32,000 nt of DNA from Promethearchaeum syntrophicum (GTDB lineage Archaea > Asgardarchaeota > Lokiarchaeia > Sigyniarchaeales > Promethearchaeaceae), in contig NZ_CP042905.2 in the NCBI RefSeq assembly GCF_008000775.2, forward strand, positions 1,530,001 through 1,562,000, written 5' to 3'. The position numbers were made by a program, and so were the translations under genes. The notes beneath the pieces were generated by a model. It did no database searches. It was not told the origin of the DNA and saw nothing but the letters and a program-made list of their open reading frames with translations. Below, one piece after another: positions 1 through 9,100 of this stretch (within the stretch, counting starts at the first letter, position 1; every line of letters starts with the position of its first letter).

Positions 1-997
1 CTGGTAAAGGGTCTCCAATCTTTACTCCCAATAATTCTGCTAAAAATAAAGACCATGACCTGGCAACAACTCCAACATTATAACCTCCGCCACCTAATCC
101 GAGAAATTTATTATTACAATATTTTGGAACATTTTGGTTAATAATTTTAAATATTTTTTCATGCCCTGATGTAGAAAGACCCATGTTTGTGATTGGATCA
201 GAGAAGTGGGTATCAACTCCTAATTGACAAACTAAATAATCAGGTCGATAAGCATCCATAATTTCAGGAACGAGTTTCTCAAAAATATTTATATAAACGG
301 AATCAATCGTTCCTGGCAATAAAGGTACATTTAAGGCATATCCTTTGCCTTCTTCTTTACCATTTTCATCCAATAATCCTGATCCTGGAAACAAAGTATG
401 CCCGTCTTGATGAAACGAAAGCGTTAACACATCTGACCTATCATAAAAAATCCATTGCACCCCATCTCCATGATGACAATCTATATCTAAGTACATAATT
501 TTTGTGCCATTTGGCGATTTATCCAGAATATGTTGAATTGCTACCGCTGCATCATTTAGCAAACAAAACCCTGAAGCCATTTCGGGCATTGCATGGTGTA
601 ACCCTCCCGTAATATTGAAACTTCTTGAAGAGTTTTCTTCCAAAATATAATCTGCTGCGGTTAATGAGGCACCGCATACTGCCATAGCCGCGTCATACAT
701 TCCAGGGAAGATTGGGTTGTCTCCTGGTCCAAGTCCAAATTTAGGAAAAGCTTGGTATGGTGAACCCCCTACATTGTTGAGTTCTTTCAATTTATCTAAA
801 TATCCGGCTTTATGAATACGTAACACTTCTTCTTCCGTTGCACTTCTTGGCGTAATTAATTTTAGATTCGGATTTTCAAAAAGATTATATGCTTTCATTA
901 AATCATATGTAAGTTCAATGCGTTTTGGAGTCAAAGGGTGCCCAGAACCGAAATTGTATTGATTAAATTGCTCCGTAAAAATAAAACCAACTTCCAT
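1..997 (-). CDS. Histone deacetylase-family (class I / AcuC-like) deacetylase; the C-terminal end runs off the window
   Basis: It is absent from the ORF track because no stop codon lies inside the window. My hand translation of the minus strand from the ATG at 997..995 stays open to position 1 (332 codons). It reads MEVGFIFTEQFNQYNFGSGHPLTPKRIELTYD...FNITGGLHHAMPEMASGFCLLNDAAVAIQ...MYLDIDCHHGDGVQWIFYDRSDVLTLSFHQDG...LGLGGGGYN. These are canonical HDAC/arginase-fold motifs (GGxHHA, SGFC, DxDxHHGDG, GGGGY). Confidence 0.85.
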   Translation of the reverse strand, partial: MEVGFIFTEQFNQYNFGSGHPLTPKRIELTYDLMKAYNLFENPNLKLITPRSATEEEVLRIHKAGYLDKLKELNNVGGSPYQAFPKFGLGPGDNPIFPGMYDAAMAVCGASLTAADYILEENSSRSFNITGGLHHAMPEMASGFCLLNDAAVAIQHILDKSPNGTKIMYLDIDCHHGDGVQWIFYDRSDVLTLSFHQDGHTLFPGSGLLDENGKEEGKGYALNVPLLPGTIDSVYINIFEKLVPEIMDAYRPDYLVCQLGVDTHFSDPITNMGLSTSGHEKIFKIINQNVPKYCNNKFLGLGGGGYNVGVVARSWSLFLAELLGVKIGDPLP

Positions 998-1047
998 ACC
1001 TAAAAAAATGTTTCCATCACTTTATTTTTTTCGAAAAGCAATAAAAT

Positions 1048-1578
1048 TTATAAAATAATTTTTTTGAAATCTTTTTTGAATTCGATTCCATGCTCATAAT
1101 AAAGTTCTGCTGTTTTTCTTGCTTCTTCAACTGCTTTTTCATCCAATTTTTTAATTAATTTTGCAGGATGCCCTAATATTAGACTCCTTTCTGGAAAATT
1201 TTTCCGTTCCGTCACTAAAGAACCTGCCCCAACCAGAGAACCTCGACCAATGGTAGTTTTTCCCATTATAATTGAACCAATACCAATTGTCACGAAATCC
1301 TTTAAAGTACATCCATGTATTACACAATTATGCCCGATAGTATTATATTCCCCTATATTTGTGCCGGAATCATGCAATCCATGTATTACTGTGCCACTTT
1401 GTATATTTGTGAATTTTCCAATTTTTATTTTGGTTCCAAGCCCTTCAAGCACAACACCGGAAAAAATCGTGCAACCTTCCCCAATTTCAACATCCCCAAA
1501 TATTATAACGTCATCGGCAATAAATCCCACATTAGGATTAATCTTAGGTTTACTATCTCTCAAAGCATAAACATTCAT
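1048..1578 (-). CDS. Gamma-class carbonic anhydrase-like / hexapeptide-repeat (left-handed beta-helix) protein
   Basis: 176-aa ORF with hexapeptide-repeat periodicity. The His pattern TVIHGLHD...IGHNCVIHGC followed by IGIGSIIMG...GAGSLV matches the gamma-CA / YrdA / PaaY family. It sits 50 bp upstream of the HDAC gene on the same strand. Confidence 0.8.
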   Translation of the reverse strand: MNVYALRDSKPKINPNVGFIADDVIIFGDVEIGEGCTIFSGVVLEGLGTKIKIGKFTNIQSGTVIHGLHDSGTNIGEYNTIGHNCVIHGCTLKDFVTIGIGSIIMGKTTIGRGSLVGAGSLVTERKNFPERSLILGHPAKLIKKLDEKAVEEARKTAELYYEHGIEFKKDFKKIIL

Positions 1579-1610
1579 TTAAAAATCATCTAATATTGTT
1601 TTTTATTTTT

Positions 1611-2030
1611 CTAATCTTCATCTTCCTTAAGAAAATTGGAAAGCGTTTTCGCATCTTGCCCTTGCTTTTTGATGGTAATTGAAGATCCGATTCCTAAAAT
1701 CTGTCTTTCAATTTGTTGAATTTCAATAAGTGAAATTACTCCGCGTCTAATCATACCTTGTCGGAGATATTGTAACAATAGATCCAATTCAGGCATTATC
1801 TTTGGGGGAAAAATTTTTTGACGGATCTTAGCAAATAATTCATAATTTCTTTGTTTAATTATGTTAAGATATTGATTCGCGTTCGGTGCGAGTAATACGG
1901 CAAGAATTTGATCCATTTTGTTATCTATAGGCAATTCTACTCTCTGGGATCTTTGTTCTGCTTGTTTCTTCTTATTTAAGATTTCTTGCATTTTTTGCAT
2001 CCGAATGCGATGCAATTCGTCATCACTCAT
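1611..2030 (-). CDS. PDCD5 / TFAR19-like double-stranded DNA-binding protein
   Basis: 139-aa ORF. MSDDELHRIRMQKMQEIL, QILAVLLAPNANQYLNIIKQRNYELFAKI and LLLQYLRQGMIRRGVIS...SSITIKK align by eye to the archaeal and eukaryotic PDCD5 (dsDNA_bind) pattern: DLEEIRRKKLxELQ, ILxQILxPEARxRLxNL, and a C-terminal basic beta-strand. Confidence 0.7.
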   Translation of the reverse strand: MSDDELHRIRMQKMQEILNKKKQAEQRSQRVELPIDNKMDQILAVLLAPNANQYLNIIKQRNYELFAKIRQKIFPPKIMPELDLLLQYLRQGMIRRGVISLIEIQQIERQILGIGSSITIKKQGQDAKTLSNFLKEDED

Positions 2031-2147
2031 TTCATGTTGTTAAATCCGCAAAAATTGAAAAATTTTATGATTGATATTGCATTATATAAAATTAAGTAAA
2101 ATTATACGATTTTTATTAAACAATTTTTTAGAGATGATTTTTTCTAC

Positions 2148-3299
2148 ATGAATATTTCTGCACTAATTAAACCATTAAACATAGTCTATCCTAATCCAAA
2201 CAAAATTCCTAAGAATTTATTAAACACGCCAGTTGCGGCGGATTTTAAAGCCACATCTAAATTAATTCCATTTAGAGAACAATATTTAAACGAAAAACAC
2301 CCCCATACTATCAAAAACATTCATTATCAGTATGGAAAAATCAAAAAACGCAGAGCAATATTATTTTTCTATAAAAAAACGCCTGTTAAAATGGTTTTTT
2401 CAAATAAAATTGATCCTTACGCAAAACAGTTAATGAAAGATTTTCCGCCTCGCGTTCAATTTCCTCCAACAACTGTTAGCTCTCCAATTGCCCGAAATCT
2501 AAGAGAATTTGCCCTTAAATGGGTGGTTGATCAATTTTTTTCAGAAAAAGATTATATAACCTTTGATGAACCGATTTTAGATACTGTAAATCCTGATTGC
2601 TTAGAAGTTCCTGCTACTCTGGGGCATAAAATACTACAAATGTCTAAAGACATTGATATTTCAAAAGATACTAATAACGCTTCAAAAATCTTTACCAATT
2701 CCATGATGGAAATCGACTTAAAAGATTCTTTTTTCGTTGAAATTAAAGCTTACCATCAAACTTCCATTGTCGGAGAAAAAGAAGTGCTTCAAACTTACAA
2801 TTATGCAATTCGAGGAGGAAAAGCCCTCCTAATCACTACTGGAACGCTTAGTGACTTAAAAGCGTTAGAACTCCTAAATGATCAAGATCAACATAAAGAT
2901 CACGATTTTTCAACTGGATATGTCCCTGAAATCTACAAGAATTTCGTGCAAACTGTTAAGAGAAATAATCGAAAATTGATAAAAAGTATCAATTTCAAGC
3001 AAGGACAGGATTCTTATGATACAATGGGTATTTATATTTCTGCTTCTAATAAACTCGAAAAAATGCATAAATATACTATCAATTGGCCCGCTAAAATCGA
3101 ATACACTAAATTAGCCACTCCTGATTCAATCTTAAAATTCCTTCATTCCGATGATAAACTTGGGCTTATAGAACCCAAAGCATTTCATAAATTACTATTG
3201 TCATACAAATTAAACAAAGCAGCAAAACTTTTTACACACATCCAAAAAAGTCTGCTGGAAGAGATTATCATAAATCCTGCGTTATTATACCCAAATTAA
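2148..3299 (+). CDS. Hypothetical protein (383 aa) with a possible PD-(D/E)xK / Mrr-cat-like nuclease core
   Basis: A long ORF in an AT-rich background, with an ATG start. Residues 186-240 read SMMEIDLKDSFFVEIKAYHQTSIVGEKEVLQTYNYAIRGGKALLITTGTLSDLKAL. That is D-x7-E-x-K followed by a VGxxEV...G...LLITTG..S segment, which resembles Mrr-type restriction-endonuclease cores. I recognised nothing else in the protein. Confidence 0.5.
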   Translation: MNISALIKPLNIVYPNPNKIPKNLLNTPVAADFKATSKLIPFREQYLNEKHPHTIKNIHYQYGKIKKRRAILFFYKKTPVKMVFSNKIDPYAKQLMKDFPPRVQFPPTTVSSPIARNLREFALKWVVDQFFSEKDYITFDEPILDTVNPDCLEVPATLGHKILQMSKDIDISKDTNNASKIFTNSMMEIDLKDSFFVEIKAYHQTSIVGEKEVLQTYNYAIRGGKALLITTGTLSDLKALELLNDQDQHKDHDFSTGYVPEIYKNFVQTVKRNNRKLIKSINFKQGQDSYDTMGIYISASNKLEKMHKYTINWPAKIEYTKLATPDSILKFLHSDDKLGLIEPKAFHKLLLSYKLNKAAKLFTHIQKSLLEEIIINPALLYPN

Positions 3300-3547
3300 T
3301 TTTTTTAACTCTTCCCTCATTAATGTATATCCCCTTATTTTTTCAAAACTGTCCAATTTTAGCGTTTCAAAATTCTTACTTATAATCACTACTTAACATT
3401 CTACCCATAATTCTATTTATCAACTACTTATCCATTTAAAAGCTAAAGATTACTATTAATCATGCAATTGTTTGAAAGATAACATATATAACCTTATTTT
3501 TACTATAAAAAAGCTAGTATATTTTTTTTTAGGTCCGAAATATCGAG

Positions 3548-4102
3548 TTGAAATCTATGAATGAAGGAAAAATAAACATACTCCCCTTTTGGTTACGGGT
3601 GATAAACATTAATCTGGGTGTTGCTATGGTAATACTTTCTGGATTGGCAATATTTCAAAATACCTTTATTTTATCGATTAAACTTACGTTACTTAGTATA
3701 ACCTTACTGTTGTTGTCTGGAGTTCTTCTTGCTAATGGGATCACCACAAGGAATTTCAGTCACAGTTTAATGGTCCTAAATGTCACTTCGGGATCGGTGA
3801 TCTTGGTGCTGGGAGCCATAACTCTTATTTTTCTGCAATTTGAAATCGATGTGTCCAAAATACTCCTTGTTGTTGGCCTATTAATCCATGCAGGTACTCG
3901 TATCGCCATCAGTTTCTCGAAATTAGCACTTCCATTTAAAATTAAATTATTTAATTTCTTAGTTGCCACTGTTCTAATTGCTCTCTCGATAGTTATCGTA
4001 ACAGACCTTCAATGGGCCTCGGAAACACTATTAGGTATAACTTTTCTTACCGTAGGCATGGAAAAAACCTTCATAGGAATTCAAGGCTATTATTTGGAAT
4101 AA
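3548..4102 (+). CDS. Multi-pass integral membrane protein (about 6 hydrophobic segments), function unknown
   Basis: 184-aa ORF made almost entirely of hydrophobic helices (LGVAMVILSGLAIF, LTLLSITLLLLSGVLLA, SGSVILVLGAITLIFL, ILLVVGLLIHAG, LVATVLIALSIVIV). The track start at 3548 is TTG; the first ATG is at 3557. Confidence 0.6.
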   Translation: MKSMNEGKINILPFWLRVININLGVAMVILSGLAIFQNTFILSIKLTLLSITLLLLSGVLLANGITTRNFSHSLMVLNVTSGSVILVLGAITLIFLQFEIDVSKILLVVGLLIHAGTRIAISFSKLALPFKIKLFNFLVATVLIALSIVIVTDLQWASETLLGITFLTVGMEKTFIGIQGYYLE

Positions 4103-4197
4103 AACACTCTCATTTTTAATTAATTTTATAGTGAAGGATAATATAATAAAAAAAATTAGTATAGTTCATCAGAAAACTAAGGATTTTAGTGAAGAAA

Positions 4198-5673
4198 CTA
4201 CAACCATTCGATAGCACCGATATCTGGAGCAATTCCAACAGGAACCGATGAATTAAAGAAATCAAATAGCACCCCAACATCTAATCCTGCATCAATACAC
4301 GGAGAGTTTGTTGTTAATCTGAAATCTCCCGAAATTGGATTAAAAAGCAAGGGATTTGCATTTAAGTTATTAACTATCGAATTACCTGAATCTCCATTAA
4401 GATTATTAAACTCTAAGGCGGAAACAGCTAAATCTTTATATATATAATTATCCCACCCATGAGAATTATATACCAAATTATGTTTAAATACATTACCGCC
4501 CATTTCCCGATTATGAATCCTGATCCCACCGTTTGTTTCAAGTAACAAGTTATTTATAATCAGATTATTTTCAACTTGGAGCACATTATCTTTTACCGAA
4601 CCTATCAGAATAATACCTTCACTTGCTGTGTTATAAATCACATTGTTAAACAGTCGATTGTCATGGCAAGCTTGGTGTTTATCCTCAGTCAATCCTGAAG
4701 CAAAGGCTGTGAAATCAAATCCATGAGCGTCTGTCCGGTCATTAGGATTTCGGACTGTATCGATAATATTATAATAATATGAATTATTATTCCCTTCAAC
4801 ATGATTTGTAATGGTCGTGTCCTTGATATAATTCCGATAGAATTCATTGTGATGAACATAACCTTCCCGTCCGAATGTTTCTAATCCTCTCATATAATCT
4901 ATATCTCCGCCGTAAATATAATTCTGGTAAATGTGATTATATGCGGTTTCGGCCAATTCAAATATCTGTGAAAGTCCTATCCCAGTATGTGGCCAATTGT
5001 AAACAGAATTATTATAAATTGCCCAATACTTAGCTCCATCAGTTAATTGAATTCCATCTCTTCCTGAAATTAATACTTTTCCCAATAATCCACTATCTAT
5101 AGTACAATTCCGAATAATTCCATGATCAGCAGATTTTGATTGACTATATGATCCAGTAATTCGTAATCCATATCCCCATGTATCCAAACCAATAAAGCAA
5201 TTTTCAATGGTTGTGTTTACTGATCCCCTAATAACAACACAAATTTCCGTTCCTTCCCTAAAATCCATGTTTTTAACATCAGTAAATTCAGTGTCTTGTA
5301 AAGTTAATGCATATTTTTTCCCATTGATTATTGGATGAGGACCAAAACCATAAGCACTCAAGATTATAGGATGGGTTTCATTTCCTTTGGAGACTAAGAT
5401 GATTTCTCCGTTCCATTCATCCCCTTTCTTGAATAGAATTATGGTTCCTGCCTCAAAATCCCATCGATTCACTTGATCAATCGTTTTCCAAGGTGATTCA
5501 GGACTTTCTCCATCGTTTCTATCATTACCAGTCGAAAAGCTTACATAATAGATTCCTCTGGGTTTCCACTCCCGGATATGACCATCAAAAATAGAAGGGA
5601 TTATTATAAATAGGGAAGAAATTAAAATTATTCCTATACCGATTCCAAATTTCGCTTTTTTCTTCATTACCAT
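4198..5673 (-). CDS. Secreted or membrane-anchored right-handed parallel beta-helix repeat protein
   Basis: 491-aa ORF. The N terminus KKKAKFGIGIGIILISSLFIIIPSIF is a signal peptide or anchor. The body carries iterated short turns (NCFIGLD, IRNCTIDSG, IYNNSVYNW, IYQNYIYGG, FYRNYIKD, LFNNVIYN, ENNLIINN, FKHNLVYN) typical of pectate-lyase/NosD-type beta-helix repeats. Confidence 0.7.
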   Translation of the reverse strand: MVMKKKAKFGIGIGIILISSLFIIIPSIFDGHIREWKPRGIYYVSFSTGNDRNDGESPESPWKTIDQVNRWDFEAGTIILFKKGDEWNGEIILVSKGNETHPIILSAYGFGPHPIINGKKYALTLQDTEFTDVKNMDFREGTEICVVIRGSVNTTIENCFIGLDTWGYGLRITGSYSQSKSADHGIIRNCTIDSGLLGKVLISGRDGIQLTDGAKYWAIYNNSVYNWPHTGIGLSQIFELAETAYNHIYQNYIYGGDIDYMRGLETFGREGYVHHNEFYRNYIKDTTITNHVEGNNNSYYYNIIDTVRNPNDRTDAHGFDFTAFASGLTEDKHQACHDNRLFNNVIYNTASEGIILIGSVKDNVLQVENNLIINNLLLETNGGIRIHNREMGGNVFKHNLVYNSHGWDNYIYKDLAVSALEFNNLNGDSGNSIVNNLNANPLLFNPISGDFRLTTNSPCIDAGLDVGVLFDFFNSSVPVGIAPDIGAIEWL

Positions 5674-5773
5674 TAACTTCTAATGAAAATATATAAATAA
5701 AATTCTAGTAATAAAAGAATGGAAATAAAAAGAAATGTTGAAAAAAGAAATAAAAAGTAAATTGAACTCGGTT

Positions 5774-6307
5774 CTACTTGCCCTCATTGCGGGAAATAAT
5801 CAATCTTGTCAACTCAGTAAACGCTTCGTCAACATTGGTACCTTCTTTCGCCGAAGTCTCAATATAAATCGAATCCTCATCATCTGCATACTCTTGACAC
5901 TCTTCTCGATCAATTACTTCCCCGACTTCAGGAATCAAATCAACTTTATTTCCTATGAGAACGAATGGAATATCTCCTGCAAACTGCTTAACCTCCGATC
6001 TCCAGTTTTGTACATTATCCCACGTGGCAGCACGGGAGAGATCAAAAACCAGAAGGACTCCAGAGGCTCCTTTATAGAAGGTTGTTCGAATGAAGCTGAA
6101 ACGTTCTTGACCACCGATGTCCCAGATCGATAAGACGGCATTTTTTCCTTCTTCGTAAGTAACTTCCTTTGTTAAGATATCAACTCCAACCGTGAGTTTG
6201 TAATCGCGTTCAAACTTAGATTTGATGAATCGGTGAATTAGGCTCGTTTTACCAACAGCGGCCGGACCGCAAAGCAAGATTTTCAATTTATAATTTGACA
6301 TGGTCAA
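5774..6307 (-). CDS. Rab/Ras-like small GTPase
   Basis: All five G motifs are present in order. G1 is GPAAVGKTS, G2/switch I is TVGVDILTKEV (Rab-like TIGVDF), G3 is WDIGGQERF, G4 is GNKVDL and G5 is ETSAK. The length is 177 aa. The C terminus (LIISRNEGK) has no Cys prenylation motif. Confidence 0.9.
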   Translation of the reverse strand: MTMSNYKLKILLCGPAAVGKTSLIHRFIKSKFERDYKLTVGVDILTKEVTYEEGKNAVLSIWDIGGQERFSFIRTTFYKGASGVLLVFDLSRAATWDNVQNWRSEVKQFAGDIPFVLIGNKVDLIPEVGEVIDREECQEYADDEDSIYIETSAKEGTNVDEAFTELTRLIISRNEGK

Positions 6308-6747
6308 TTTCCAGCATTTTTTTTTATATGGAAAATTTTTTTTTTTAATATATATAAATTTTCTATGTATATTAATTTAATAAATGCCTTTCCTAAATAA
6401 TTTTTATTTTAAAACTAGGACTTTTTATGGGATGAATTAGTTTTCATTTGATATTCTATTTTATAAAAACATAAAAATCTAAAAAAGATAATTAACGGGG
6501 TGACCTTTCCAAAAATAACTCCCCGTATAACGCCAACGGGACAACCAGTGACATCGTATATTTGCATTAAAGATCCTTCAAAATAGGAATAACATTTTCA
6601 AAAAATCGATCTATCAAGTCTTTTAACTGAATTATGGCCAGAAAAGCTGCTTTGTTAGACTCTTTGTGTTTTTTAAAGGTAAAAATTAGCAAAAAAAAAA
6701 AAATTATTACTCTTTAATCCACGTTACGTTCAATAAAATCGAAGAAT

Positions 6748-6942
6748 CTAATTATTTCTCCTTTTTCGATTTGCTCTAATTCTCGCTCTCCGCCTTTCTA
6801 ATTGCTCCGCTGAATTTTTATCGATATTCTGACCTTCAAATTGTACACCATTGGGGCGAGATTGAATCACTCTTCTTCTTGGGCGGAGGAACGCATAAAC
6901 ACCAACTCCGAGAATAGCAGCACCAATGGGTATCCATAACAA
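6748..6942 (-). CDS. Possible small single-pass membrane protein (64 aa), or the remnant tail of a larger surface protein
   Basis: The start is TTG. The ORF has one hydrophobic helix (LLWIPIGAAILGVGVYAFL) followed by RPRRR and a very basic C terminus (RRRARIRANRKRRNN). The frame is open upstream to 7056 without any ATG and overlaps the neighbouring gene, so gene status is doubtful. Confidence 0.2.
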   Translation of the reverse strand: MLWIPIGAAILGVGVYAFLRPRRRVIQSRPNGVQFEGQNIDKNSAEQLERRRARIRANRKRRNN

Positions 6943-6996
6943 ATTTAAATTGCCCTCCTCTTCATCGGGAGGATTGGGGGGAACAGGATCAGGTTC

Positions 6997-8967
6997 TTGA
7001 AGAAAGGGTTCTGGTGTTATATATCCTGCATGATATGTACCCGAGTAAAGCGGATTTTAAAAACTATTCAAAAACCATATTCGATTGATGTTTTAGAGAA
7101 TGATCCAAACCATGTTTCCAAATTAGAAACAAAATCTTTATTAAAAAAAATTCGTTCTTTGACTACTGCAGTTATATCGTATGCCAAAATATCAAACAGA
7201 TTGAGTAATATAAAGGTTAATTTGAACAGTGATGATCCTTTTTACGATCGATATTCAAGAATAATTAGATCCCTAAATCATATATATCATTACAATCCAG
7301 ATTTAGCAACCAGACTTGCTTATTTGTGTTTTAATTCTCAAGATATAGACATAAACGAGCAATCGCTTATTGATTCTAATGTAGATCATTGGATCGTCCA
7401 TTCTGAGGAATATATGTCACTTAAATATCCAAATATCGAAATTTCTAAAGAACCTTGGATCTTCAATTTTGCTACAGATTCAAATATAAAAAAAGAAATC
7501 GACTCAATATTGACAGATGCTCAAGAAATATCGGGATATTCATTGTATTTATCTAGTATTATGTCTCAATCCAATACATTGGTAACAGGTATTCACATGA
7601 ATCCTCTTTTCTTGCACATTATGGATGCTGCACTTCATGCTAATATTCCCGGTGCATTTGAAGACAACTGTATTTTTATGTCATATAATAGATTAAGGGC
7701 TTTAATTGATCCTACCCAAGAAGTGGTTCTTACCGTGCAAGAAAATGATTTTATTGAATATATTCTAAAGAAAATTATTAAATTACAGGGGCGTGCAACT
7801 TTTCAAGAAAATTTGAAAAGTTTTAATGATCTCATCTTCGATAAAACAATAAGTGAGAATGCTTTATGGACAAACGGAAATAGAAAAGGATTTATTTGGA
7901 AATTAACCAGTGGAACCGAGCTTTCTCCCTTTTTGGACTTAAGGAAAAAATATTTAGACGGCGATACATCTGTAATGGAATGGAACTTCGTTTCAGTTGA
8001 AGAAGCTCAGATTTTTATAGGATCTTTAGCCGGAAATCTTCAAGTTACATTTCCTCAACTCGGAATAACAGGTGTAGACAGCATTTTTACTGGAGATTCC
8101 GAGGGAGAATTAAAACATCAACTTGCATTTCAATTTTATAAAAGCGGAGATAATTTTATTCGAATAAAACCAGGAGAACCAATTAGGAATGCTAATGGTG
8201 ATATTATAGGAGCTCCGAGATTTTTAATGGTAAAAAATCAATTTGTTATTGCTCTTTCGCACGATACCTTCAATGTAGATACAGTTATTCATTTTAATGA
8301 TTTACGGAATACATGGGGTGATACTTTTAAAGATAAGGGAAGAAATTTCATTGTTGGGTATCATGGGGTGCATAAGGAAGGGTATTCGGATACCAAAATT
8401 AGAAAAATCAAGGAGGCACAAGACAAGGGTGCAGCTTTTATAAGCGGTATTGAAGATTCCGTAGTCTGGAGTAATTTTATGAAATCGATAGAAGTTTTTC
8501 ATGCGAAGGAGCGTTCTGGTGATGAGCATTTTGAATCCGTTTTTCTTATGGCTGATATACTAGACAAGCTTGTTCATATAGTAAACAATCCTGCAGATTA
8601 TGATTTAGGCTTCGAAGATATTATCAATGAGATCACTGAAAAGGCTTATTCTCCAGAATATTTTGATTATCATGATGATTATAAAGGGCTTACTCTTGAA
8701 GAATGCCAAAAAGTTGCTGAAGCTTTCGGAAAATATGTTGATGCCGGAGTAGTTAAAACATTGCCAGGTTTTGTAAAGTGGTGGAACAATTTCAAGAATT
8801 CAAACCAATATATAGTGCACAAGACTGGAAGTTGGTATCTGGATCAAGCCAGAATTATCGCATCTAGATTTTGGTTAATAAAGAAATTCTATAATGAGAT
8901 GGATCCGACACATACACCAGATTGGGTTGTTCATTTACCATTATCGATGCCTTGGGGTAATCTATAA
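6997..8967 (+). CDS. Hypothetical protein (about 645-656 aa), no recognisable domain
   Basis: An uninterrupted 1.97-kb frame in an AT-rich genome is strong coding evidence. The track start at 6997 is TTG and the first ATG is at 7030. I found no P-loop, signal peptide or catalytic motif. Confidence 0.7.
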   Translation: MKKGFWCYISCMICTRVKRILKTIQKPYSIDVLENDPNHVSKLETKSLLKKIRSLTTAVISYAKISNRLSNIKVNLNSDDPFYDRYSRIIRSLNHIYHYNPDLATRLAYLCFNSQDIDINEQSLIDSNVDHWIVHSEEYMSLKYPNIEISKEPWIFNFATDSNIKKEIDSILTDAQEISGYSLYLSSIMSQSNTLVTGIHMNPLFLHIMDAALHANIPGAFEDNCIFMSYNRLRALIDPTQEVVLTVQENDFIEYILKKIIKLQGRATFQENLKSFNDLIFDKTISENALWTNGNRKGFIWKLTSGTELSPFLDLRKKYLDGDTSVMEWNFVSVEEAQIFIGSLAGNLQVTFPQLGITGVDSIFTGDSEGELKHQLAFQFYKSGDNFIRIKPGEPIRNANGDIIGAPRFLMVKNQFVIALSHDTFNVDTVIHFNDLRNTWGDTFKDKGRNFIVGYHGVHKEGYSDTKIRKIKEAQDKGAAFISGIEDSVVWSNFMKSIEVFHAKERSGDEHFESVFLMADILDKLVHIVNNPADYDLGFEDIINEITEKAYSPEYFDYHDDYKGLTLEECQKVAEAFGKYVDAGVVKTLPGFVKWWNNFKNSNQYIVHKTGSWYLDQARIIASRFWLIKKFYNEMDPTHTPDWVVHLPLSMPWGNL

Positions 8968-9100
8968 TACCTCAAGTGAATGTCTTGGTCATCTCTTTAG
9001 GGGTGGTCAAATTTTTTATATTTAAAATCTATTAGTTTATTAAGTTAGCTAGAATGAATAAACATGGATCAATTGAAAAACTAACAAGCAGAGAATCAAA

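Noticed and set aside
1250-1593. Two plus-strand ORFs (106 and 92 aa) from the track
   Set aside because: They lie entirely antisense to the well-supported hexapeptide-repeat gene at 1048..1578. Their translations are low-complexity (P/I/F/S-rich) and typical of shadow frames.
3760-3969. 69-aa minus-strand ORF (also 8302..8529, 26088..26324, 31743..31991)
   Set aside because: They are short antisense frames nested in longer, better-supported genes. No independent signal supports them.
5735-6141. ORFs 5735..6133 (+) and 5953..6141 (-) overlapping the GTPase gene
   Set aside because: The GTPase frame carries all five G motifs. These overlapping frames have no recognisable features and are best explained as shadow ORFs.
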